DNA of 38,384 bases from Candidatus Caldatribacteriota bacterium (GTDB lineage Bacteria > Atribacterota > Phoenicimicrobiia > Phoenicimicrobiales > Phoenicimicrobiaceae). Shown piece after piece: positions 25,151 to 32,923 of the stretch. Positions within the stretch are counted from its first letter, which is position 1. Each line of letters starts with the position of its first letter. Position numbers and translations under genes: made by a program. Where the stretch lies: contig JAYEJO010000093.1 in the NCBI GenBank assembly GCA_034660595.1, positions 1 to 38,384 on the forward strand. Reading direction: 5' to 3'. Below the pieces are notes generated by a model. That model saw nothing but the letters and a program-made list of their open reading frames with translations, did no database searches and was not told the DNA's origin.

Positions 25151-26203
25151 TTATTTTTTAATCTCTCTTTTTATGTTTTCAGCAAATTCTTTTGCTTTTT
25201 TGTCTATCTTCAAGGCATTCATTATTGACCCGGGGTCATTGGCGATAGATGTTAAAGCAAAATAAGGAGGCAATCTGAATCCTTTGTTAATATTTAAGGC
25301 CCCTATTAACTGTTTAGCCACACAATCACTCCCCGAATTTCCGGAAACCACAAGGGAAAATAGAGTTTTATCCCCAAATTTCACCCTCTTATAAAGTACA
25401 GTCATCCTATTTATAACCGCCATAAGCTTTGCGGATATTGCATCGTTATAATTGGGGCATAACCAGATGATACAATCAGCCTCTTCTATCGCGGGGAGAA
25501 TTTCTTTTACCATAATCCCCCCATAAAAACAGCTTTTTTCTTCACTATAATGAATACAGGTTTTATAAGAACACCCCCTGCAGTCTACTACGGTCCCATT
25601 TTCTACGTGGAGTTCTCTTATATCTTCGCCACCAAGGTTTTCTTTTACCATTTTCCAAAGCATAAGAGTATTAGATGTCTTAAACAAACTCGAATGCAGC
25701 ACAAGTATCTTTGGCCTATTAATTAATTTTAAGTTCTCCTTCGTTAATTTTTTTACTAATTCTTTGGCCTGTTCTTGGTAAATCTCTACGAGAGGCAGGT
25801 TATACATTTTTTGCCAGGTTAGAAAATTATTGAGATTTTGATTGGCCTCTACAACCGGATGACCGGGGAATCTACACCCCATCTGATTGGTTAAAAAAAT
25901 TATCTTTTGAGCGGTGCTCTTAGTAAATAGCGCACTCGAACTTTGGATTATAATTACTGCTCTTGAACCTAAAAGGGCATCATCTCCCCTTTTCTTTATT
26001 TTTAAAAGCATTTCAAATAGAGGAATATTAAATCCGCATTCATCTAATTCGATAGCAAATATAATCTTTTTATTTTGTAAATCAACAAGAAAATCCTTAA
26101 TGGTTTTTATAATTGTTAATTGACAATTTTCTGTGGCTATTTTGATGACTTCGGCAAAACTACCCGATATTTTCCCCGGCATAACCAAATAAATCATTTC
26201 CAT
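25151..26203 (-). CDS. Two-domain flavodoxin-fold protein; the C-terminal half resembles NADPH-dependent FMN reductase / iron-sulfur flavoprotein
   Basis: 350 aa. From about aa 165 it reads KILVLHSS...VDCRGCSYKTCIHYSEEKSC...ILPAIEEADCIIWLCPNYNDAISAKLMAVINRM, the FMN-reductase pattern plus a CX2CX4CX8C cluster. The N-terminal ~160 aa is a second alpha/beta domain with no motif I recognise. Confidence 0.6.
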   Translation of the reverse strand: MEMIYLVMPGKISGSFAEVIKIATENCQLTIIKTIKDFLVDLQNKKIIFAIELDECGFNIPLFEMLLKIKKRGDDALLGSRAVIIIQSSSALFTKSTAQKIIFLTNQMGCRFPGHPVVEANQNLNNFLTWQKMYNLPLVEIYQEQAKELVKKLTKENLKLINRPKILVLHSSLFKTSNTLMLWKMVKENLGGEDIRELHVENGTVVDCRGCSYKTCIHYSEEKSCFYGGIMVKEILPAIEEADCIIWLCPNYNDAISAKLMAVINRMTVLYKRVKFGDKTLFSLVVSGNSGSDCVAKQLIGALNINKGFRLPPYFALTSIANDPGSIMNALKIDKKAKEFAENIKREIKK

Positions 26204-26230
26204 AAAATAATTTCCTCTTTCGGTGATTAT

Positions 26231-27475
26231 TTATAAAATATTACCCAATTCCTGATAACTTTCTTTAATTTTCTCTATTAAGTTAACTGGAAGGTCTAAT
26301 CTTTCAATTTCAGTTCCTGATTTAAGCAATCTATTTTTCGCCCCCATAAATACCCCTCCCATAAAGGTTGCACTATAATGCCATTTCCCGCTCATAGTGG
26401 CGATAAGAGGATAACTCCCGGAAGATAAAGCAGGAGCTACATAAGGTTTAAAACCGGTCTTCCTTACTTCCAGGTTTGCTTTTACGGCCTGAGCGGTAAG
26501 CATCTCTGAAAGACTTTCATTATATTTTTTTAAGCTATTAGCAATTACCAAACCCCGGCCATGAGGACCAAAGGCTCTGCCTTCTCGATTATATTCAGCG
26601 GTTTCAGTATTTTGTTTTGAGTAGTAGACTGCCCGGGCATGCATCACTCCTAACCCATATCCTCTTATTTGGTCTGCTGCTAATCCTTTAAAATCAAACT
26701 CTCCGCTTGTGTCTTTACTACCGGTTAGAAAAACAGCTTTACACAATAAGTCTACCGGGTCTGAGATAATTGCAAATATCCCCTTAAACGATTTTTCCCG
26801 GGCTTTTCTGGCATAATCAGAGATTATCTTAGAATTTCCCTCGAACTGCTTCATTCTCACATCTTCCTGTTCTTCTCCCAAAGAAGGAACTCCTACAGTT
26901 GCGCAAAATACAAACATGTCACAATCAAAAATATTCTCTTCTCTTAACTGGTAAACATCAGGAAACCTCCGAACAGTAAAAGGAGAAAATATCTGATTTG
27001 CCTCTAATTCCCATCTTTTTAACGCATTTATATTTTTATCATATATTCCGATAGATTCAATACAACTTCCTCCTAATAATCTCAAGCCGGTAAGGAGGGT
27101 TCCTCCTACATCACCCAATCCTACAATATTCACTTTCCACCGGGAGGGAAATTTATAAGTTAACACATCTTGCCAGTTAAGGTATTCGGTATTAAGTGAA
27201 CTCAATCTTTTTTCTTTTATTCTTTGATTAAGCCATGGGGGTAAATCATAATCAATTTTCTTGGATTTTTGCAGCAGGTGGATGCCCTCTTCTTTTAAAA
27301 AGATTAGTGATGGGTCAGTAATACTAAAATATCTTCTGGATTTTAAGGGGTTTATCCGGTTAAGTACATAAATTATTTCTTTGCTCTCTTTGGCTTCGAT
27401 TTCGGATATTCTATTTAATTCACTGTATTCCGATTGGGAAATTAGTATTTTATCTTTTAATTTATAGAAGAACAT
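26231..27475 (-). CDS. Lactate/malate dehydrogenase-fold protein with ~110-aa N-terminal extension
   Basis: 414 aa. VNIVGLGDVGGTLLTGLRLLG is a Rossmann GxGxxG, SDPVDLL corresponds to the LDH NPVD segment, and HAR and GPHG correspond to the Arg171 and His195 regions. The alignment is by eye only. Confidence 0.6.
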   Translation of the reverse strand: MFFYKLKDKILISQSEYSELNRISEIEAKESKEIIYVLNRINPLKSRRYFSITDPSLIFLKEEGIHLLQKSKKIDYDLPPWLNQRIKEKRLSSLNTEYLNWQDVLTYKFPSRWKVNIVGLGDVGGTLLTGLRLLGGSCIESIGIYDKNINALKRWELEANQIFSPFTVRRFPDVYQLREENIFDCDMFVFCATVGVPSLGEEQEDVRMKQFEGNSKIISDYARKAREKSFKGIFAIISDPVDLLCKAVFLTGSKDTSGEFDFKGLAADQIRGYGLGVMHARAVYYSKQNTETAEYNREGRAFGPHGRGLVIANSLKKYNESLSEMLTAQAVKANLEVRKTGFKPYVAPALSSGSYPLIATMSGKWHYSATFMGGVFMGAKNRLLKSGTEIERLDLPVNLIEKIKESYQELGNIL

Positions 27476-27500
27476 CTTTAATTTTCCCCCTCACCCTAAC

Positions 27501-27521
27501 CCTCTCCCTCCGGGGGAGAGG
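27501..27521. repeat. GC-rich hairpin CCTCTCCC-tccgg-GGGAGAGG
   Basis: 8-bp perfect stem, 25-45 nt upstream of the LDH-like start codon on the transcribed strand. Confidence 0.6.
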
Positions 27522-27537
27522 AAATAAAGAATATTTG

Positions 27538-27570
27538 TTTAGCGTAGAGCGTACAGCGTTTAGCGTATAG
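27538..27570. repeat. Class-1 heptamer array, left arm of a foldback
   Basis: tttAGCGTAGAGCGTACAGCGTTTAGCGTATAG. Confidence 0.85.
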
Positions 27571-27633
27571 AAATACAATAGTATATTATAAATAATTTTA
27601 TAGTAATTTTGGAATTGTTGGTTATAATTAGAT

Positions 27634-27710
27634 GTAGGGGCACAATGAATTGTGCCCTCCCCATATTGTTACTTAAAATCTCTTGAGGGCACGATGCATC
27701 GTGCTCCTAC
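27634..27710. repeat. Pair of REP-like hairpins (GTAGGGGCAC...GTGCCC / GAGGGCAC...GTGCTCCTAC)
   Basis: 27634..27658 reads GTAGGGGCACAATGAATTGTGCCCT, the exact reverse complement of 5710..5734. 27685..27710 reads GAGGGCACGATGCATCGTGCTCCTAC. The two hairpins are mutually inverted. Confidence 0.8.
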
Positions 27711-27784
27711 ATTATAATACTTCTTTTATTCTTTCTTCTTTTTGCCTAACGAGCTAACTATTTCTATACTATATACTAATTTTC

Positions 27785-27816
27785 CTATACGCTACACGCT
27801 AAACGCTATCCGCTAT
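27785..27816. repeat. Class-1 heptamer array, right arm of a foldback; overlaps the stop codon and last codons of the megaprotein ORF
   Basis: ctatacgctacacgctaaacgctatccgctat. Its reverse complement matches 1266..1297 at 30 of 32 positions. Confidence 0.85.
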
Positions 27817-30800
27817 TTTTCTTCTGTCTGCTATCCCTTTGGTACGCCGTAAAAGTTCAAGGCTATTTCCTAAATAATGAGAAGGACTAAGATTTAAATT
27901 ATACTCCATATCTTCTCCCTGGTCAGGATATCGGGGATAAATAATTACTTCTCCCAAATGATCAAGTGTCAATTTCCTTTGTTGAATTACCTGGTATTCA
28001 TTTTCCAGAGCTTCTATTATAGTTAAGGCATTTTCAATACAAACTTCGGAAAAATTATAGACGGTTTTTGCAGAAACATTTTTAATAAATGAAGGGAAAG
28101 TATAGGGTAGTATCTGATTAACAGATCTAACTAAATTTCCCTGAGTCCTTATTTTTCTCTTTAATGCGTCTCCGCCAATAAAGGGATACAATTCACTTTC
28201 ATTAAACCAAAGCCTGAGATTGGGAATAAAATGGGCACAATCAACATCTCTATTTAATATAGTTGCTATCTCTTTTCCACTACCGGATAGTGCTCCTACA
28301 ATTATTTTTTTGATTTTAATATCATATTCTTTAAATAGGGGCTCAAGGGTCTTTATTCTATGCCCTTTATGTAAATAGTCATCAATAAGAATTACGGGCA
28401 TATCAAATGAATGAATCACCTTAACCTGATTTTCCAGGCTCATATAATTGGGGAAGGCATCAATCTCAAAACTTCTCATATCGGAAGCAAATATTTTTTC
28501 CGTATGGAGAGATTTAGTTACCGTGTTAGGTACTACCATCTTATGTAGTATCTTCCCAAAGGGCACACACATTGACTTTCCTAAAGTTCGAGGGGTTAAC
28601 GGCGTTGTGGAAACATTATTTATCTTACAAATTTTCTTTACAATAGTCTGGTTGATTAAATTTATATTAAATGGTAAAACAACATTCCCGGGATAAAAAG
28701 TAGTAAGTGATCTTAATAATCGTTTACGGGATACTATAACTGATTTTTTGATGTTTAAATTTTGGCAGAAAGGTTCTTTTATTATAGTCTCGGTATCCAG
28801 ATTGACTATACAGGGTTTACTCATATCCACTACAAATACCGGATTATCTTTATCGCTGAAAGGTAAGCGATAAAACCCCGTAAGTTCTAAATTCTCGTTT
28901 AAAGAAGTCAAAGGGTAATCATTTAATATGTTCCTGAATATTGCATAATCATAATCTTTCTCTATACAGAAAGACAAGGTTTCGGTAAGAATAGCCTGCT
29001 CAAGATTTTCAAGTCCTGATCCATTTTCCATATCACTTACGGTAAAAATACCATCAATAACTATAGTACGGCCAACTGAATTTTCCCGGATATACTCAGA
29101 TATTAAATTATCCTTAAACTCCTGGAAAAGAATGTTTGAACGAACCCAATGAAAGGCTGAAAACCCTAATATCTTTCCATTATGGCGGACATCACGTAAC
29201 AGTAGAATTCTCGGGTTTAATTTACGAGTAAACTCAAGCAATTTTTTGGATGCTTTATTTTGATTATATTTAGAAAGTACTTTCTGACAAAGTTCTTTTA
29301 TTAAATTCGGGATAATATCTTCAATTACCTGCACATCAGTAGAGATAGTCTGTATTATACTCTTATATTGTGGCTCTCTCTGGTATAAACTATTTTCATA
29401 AATATATTTTTGGGCTAAAGGGTCGATAAGTCTGGAAATATCTCTATTTTCATCAATATTATTTCTTATCTGAGTTGAACTTATTTCTTCATAACAAGGT
29501 GTAAGATTAAGTCTTATCATCTCTCCCTTTATTTCTTTAATAGCTTCTTGAATCCTTTCTTCTTTCTCATCTGCAATATGTGGGGTTTTTCTATCAAAAA
29601 TAATATGAGAAAAAGTATGTATGAAATTTTTTCTTTTATTTTTTTGGTAAGCTGAAGCATTTAATACAACATCACTGCCTACTACAATGTAAACCTCGGA
29701 AAAGGGGAAATTTTCTCTCAAAGTCTTTAAATCATCCGGATTGGCAATATTAACCGGTAAATCTTCAGGATATAAATATACATTAAGTTCATCGGCAATA
29801 GAAATATTTATTATATTCTTTCTGAAGAGGTGTGGTTGAGTTCTTTTAGACCAGGAAAATTCATCAACTGCTAAATATATTTCAAATCCGAGTATTTCTA
29901 TTGCTTTTATAATCTCTTTATGGCTTAAGGAAAATGGGTCAAAAGCTCCTGGGAAGAAAGCTATTTTGTCTGGGATTTCAAGGTTTATGCTCCCCTTGAA
30001 AAAATTGTAATCAGAGATAAATTTATACATATATTTAAGCCCAATACAATTTATTAAAAACATCAGGCCTTCTTTATTTACAGGAGCCAACAGTGTAAGA
30101 ATTTTTTTAGCAATAAGTTTAAATATATGGTTTTTCTCTTCTAAGCTGAGATGTCTTGAACCAAATATTTCCTTACCAATAACTCTAAATGCTGCCTGTT
30201 TCACCTTTAAATTATAGTGTACAAAGCCATTCAAAAGAATACCAATCATCTTGCTAAGCCTGTTTTCATATGATTTCTCTTCTTCTGAAAATCTTTCCCG
30301 GTACTTAGGGTAATTAGCAATGGCTATACCGATGGTTCTAAGAAGTAATGAGCTTAATTTGGGATCTGATTGTTTGATTTTTTCTATTAAATCATCAACA
30401 AGTTCCTCTAACTCATTAGGTCTAAGATAGAGTATTAATTGACCCAAATAGTAAGGAATATATTTAGTAAACTGATAATCTTCCATTTCTAAAGCCCGTA
30501 ATAGTTCAATGGCTATATCATTCCTCTGTTGAAAAGATAAGGAAGGCATTAAATTTACAAGAGCTTTACCGGCCAAATTTCTAATATCTTCTATGCCGCT
30601 AACTTTCAAAATATTACAAAAATGCAAAGCAGTGTAGATTTCTTCCTGCTTGCTCTTTAGGGTATGTTCTAATAAAAGTTCTATCTGGATTTTTTTAATT
30701 ATTCCACTGGTTGAAGTTTTAAGGTTACTTAGAAATATATACTGTATCTTTTCTATATCCCTTCGATAAAATTCGATATACTTCTTTACGATACTTTCGT

Positions 30801-32739
30801 CCAAATTTAATAATTCAACTATCTTCATATTTAAATAATTTTCGGCAGGGAACTCTGAGGCAGAAATATTACCAGTAAATATTTTTCTTAAGTTATTTAT
30901 AAATCTAAAATTTTTATCAATTCGAGGCGTTAAATCATAGACTACCTCTAAAGCAGTAAGTCTAAGTTTAGGATTCTCCTTCTTTAACATTTTTATAATA
31001 TAATCAAATAATACCTTTACGGATTTTTCATCTGAGCAGATTGATACATGTTTGGCGGTTTTTATCAAACACAGTTGGATTTCGTCATTGGTATACAGGT
31101 GCTTTTTATAGTGTTTTAAAATACTTTTTCTGTAATTGCTTACCTGATGATTATTGCGACAGTTAGAAAAAAGAGAAGAAATCATATTCTCAGTACTATC
31201 AATAATTCGAGATTGATGAAAAGCAATCTTTTTATGGTCCGGCTGTAAAAAATATTTTAAATATCTTTCCAATAAATTAACACTGGTAATCGCGGGAGGT
31301 TTTAGGGTAACGTTCTGAGGAATCTCTTTGCGGTAATCTTCGTCAAAACTGGCAATTAATAAACCGATAAGTTTTGCGCTCCTCCTTCTTATTTCATCTT
31401 CCGGATGAGTTAACTGTTCGTATAAATATCTCAGGGTAATCATCTTCTGTTTTTGAGTCAAGTAGGCAGAATACTCATTGAATATTTGTAGATATTCCCG
31501 TAGATTGTTCCAATCTTTTTCACTTCGAGCTAATTCCAAAAGTGAATTAAGAGAAGACTCATCTCGAAGTTCGTGCATTAAATTTATATTATGTTCTATG
31601 GAAAGAAATTTTATATTCTGGATAACTTCCTGGCCCTGCATGAGAGGATAATACGGTTTTCTATCTTTCTTATAAGGACTTATCCCTTCCTTCTCTACAT
31701 CTACATTTACCCCTAAATTTATCATATAATCTTCAAAGTCTTTTAATTTCTCGTAAACTCGGCAATATCTTTTTCTTTTTTCCTCATCAACATTATCCAG
31801 TTTGTCTAAAATTACTTGAAAAGAATCTTTCAGGCTAAAAATTCTCATCTCCTCTTTGGGCCCGTTAATAATATTTTTAACCCGAAAATCAGAATAAATT
31901 AATATAAGTGATTCTAAAGGTAAATTTTCTAATTCTAAATCCCAAACAGAATGATTAACTGCAATATGTCCGATATAAGGGATATTATGTTTTTTAAACC
32001 ACATATCGGTATAGTAATAATGTAAATGGGGAGTTCTTTCTACCTCAATGTCCTTGCATCCATATTTTCCGATATCATGCCCTGCTGCTGCTCCCGAAAT
32101 CCTCCCCAAATCCACGGGAAGACCCAGATTATATAACTGCCTGCCGATAAACAAAGCAATCCAATTTACCCCGCATATATGGTCTAAAGTATTGAACTTT
32201 AAAATTTCCTGGCTTAATTTCATCATCTCATAGATATATTCATCATTAAATGCTTTTAAAAATCTTTTATATTCAGCAGGGTTCTCCAGTTTGCTTTTTT
32301 CGTCAAAAGTTAAAAAATTAAGGGGATATTTGCCGTGAAAAGTAGAATCACCGGACGACTTTTGGAACTTCAAAATTACTCTTAAAAATTCTAAATAGAG
32401 TAAGAAAGCTTTTCGGCAATCAGGGGAGATATCCTTAACAGATAGATCTACTGTTTCGGGAAAAGATTTATATAGGGTAAATTGATAAACCTTATAAAGC
32501 CAGTTAGAGGAATTATGTTTTTTGTCTATATTAACAAGCAAGTCTTTACACAAAGAATATACTGCCTGACAGGTGTAATTTTTATTTTCTACCATAGATG
32601 ATAATTGTTTTAAAAATAGAGGATTTTCGATATATTTTCTAACCAACTCTTTATCTAAAGAAATATTATCCAATATCTGTGTGTGTAAAATCTTTTTAGA
32701 TATTTTTTTATATAATTCTTTAACCGTAGTTTTGCTCAT
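27799..32739 (-). CDS. 1,646-aa multidomain protein of unknown function: HD phosphohydrolase + helical repeats + NadD/NMNAT-like nucleotidyltransferase + GNAT-like + PRTase-like
   Basis: Single uninterrupted ORF with an ATG start and an AGGATGG RBS.
- HD domain: LDHICG...GAAAGHDIGKYG...YSDF (aa ~187-285).
- NadD-like domain: FFPGAFDPFSLSH (aa 928-940) and EEISSTQIRNNIDENRDISRLIDPLAQKYIYENSLY (aa ~1084-1119).
- PRTase-like domain: MPVILIDDYLHKGHRIKTL (aa ~1447-1465).
That this is a real CDS is well supported; the product call is motif-level only. Confidence 0.85.
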   Translation of the reverse strand: MSKTTVKELYKKISKKILHTQILDNISLDKELVRKYIENPLFLKQLSSMVENKNYTCQAVYSLCKDLLVNIDKKHNSSNWLYKVYQFTLYKSFPETVDLSVKDISPDCRKAFLLYLEFLRVILKFQKSSGDSTFHGKYPLNFLTFDEKSKLENPAEYKRFLKAFNDEYIYEMMKLSQEILKFNTLDHICGVNWIALFIGRQLYNLGLPVDLGRISGAAAGHDIGKYGCKDIEVERTPHLHYYYTDMWFKKHNIPYIGHIAVNHSVWDLELENLPLESLILIYSDFRVKNIINGPKEEMRIFSLKDSFQVILDKLDNVDEEKRKRYCRVYEKLKDFEDYMINLGVNVDVEKEGISPYKKDRKPYYPLMQGQEVIQNIKFLSIEHNINLMHELRDESSLNSLLELARSEKDWNNLREYLQIFNEYSAYLTQKQKMITLRYLYEQLTHPEDEIRRRSAKLIGLLIASFDEDYRKEIPQNVTLKPPAITSVNLLERYLKYFLQPDHKKIAFHQSRIIDSTENMISSLFSNCRNNHQVSNYRKSILKHYKKHLYTNDEIQLCLIKTAKHVSICSDEKSVKVLFDYIIKMLKKENPKLRLTALEVVYDLTPRIDKNFRFINNLRKIFTGNISASEFPAENYLNMKIVELLNLDESIVKKYIEFYRRDIEKIQYIFLSNLKTSTSGIIKKIQIELLLEHTLKSKQEEIYTALHFCNILKVSGIEDIRNLAGKALVNLMPSLSFQQRNDIAIELLRALEMEDYQFTKYIPYYLGQLILYLRPNELEELVDDLIEKIKQSDPKLSSLLLRTIGIAIANYPKYRERFSEEEKSYENRLSKMIGILLNGFVHYNLKVKQAAFRVIGKEIFGSRHLSLEEKNHIFKLIAKKILTLLAPVNKEGLMFLINCIGLKYMYKFISDYNFFKGSINLEIPDKIAFFPGAFDPFSLSHKEIIKAIEILGFEIYLAVDEFSWSKRTQPHLFRKNIINISIADELNVYLYPEDLPVNIANPDDLKTLRENFPFSEVYIVVGSDVVLNASAYQKNKRKNFIHTFSHIIFDRKTPHIADEKEERIQEAIKEIKGEMIRLNLTPCYEEISSTQIRNNIDENRDISRLIDPLAQKYIYENSLYQREPQYKSIIQTISTDVQVIEDIIPNLIKELCQKVLSKYNQNKASKKLLEFTRKLNPRILLLRDVRHNGKILGFSAFHWVRSNILFQEFKDNLISEYIRENSVGRTIVIDGIFTVSDMENGSGLENLEQAILTETLSFCIEKDYDYAIFRNILNDYPLTSLNENLELTGFYRLPFSDKDNPVFVVDMSKPCIVNLDTETIIKEPFCQNLNIKKSVIVSRKRLLRSLTTFYPGNVVLPFNINLINQTIVKKICKINNVSTTPLTPRTLGKSMCVPFGKILHKMVVPNTVTKSLHTEKIFASDMRSFEIDAFPNYMSLENQVKVIHSFDMPVILIDDYLHKGHRIKTLEPLFKEYDIKIKKIIVGALSGSGKEIATILNRDVDCAHFIPNLRLWFNESELYPFIGGDALKRKIRTQGNLVRSVNQILPYTFPSFIKNVSAKTVYNFSEVCIENALTIIEALENEYQVIQQRKLTLDHLGEVIIYPRYPDQGEDMEYNLNLSPSHYLGNSLELLRRTKGIADRRKIADSV

Positions 32740-32893
32740 TAATTACCATCCTAAAACATTTTATAGATTAATCATTTTATCCTATTTTAGGTCCATCAAT
32801 TTAAGGCATCACTCAGAAAAGATTTAACCTTTTCTTTTGAATATTGCACAAAAATGGTAAATATATATTAATAATAATTCTTTTATAATATTT

Positions 32894-32923
32894 ATTATAA
32901 CTGAAAACTACCGCATTTTACAA
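32894..32923 (-). promoter_or_regulatory. Candidate promoter of the megaprotein gene
   Basis: Minus strand reads TTGTAA-18 nt-TATAAT. This would give a 5' leader of about 150 nt. Confidence 0.3.

Noticed and set aside
1232-27816. I asked whether the short periodic repeat arrays could be CRISPR arrays.
   Set aside because: The period is 7-8 nt with no unique spacers, arrays are only 25-40 nt long, and no cas genes or leader-like sequence are present. They are tandem oligonucleotide repeats, not CRISPRs.
27799-32739. I considered the megaprotein as an anti-phage defence effector (NAD-depleting or nucleotide-signalling type) or as part of a mobile island.
   Set aside because: There are no TIR, SIR2, nuclease, STAND-NTPase, CBASS or Thoeris-type partner motifs that I can read. 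There is no integrase or transposase, no adjacent restriction or toxin genes, and the neighbours are housekeeping genes. I do not exclude a defence role, but nothing in the sequence supports it better than a metabolic or cofactor role.
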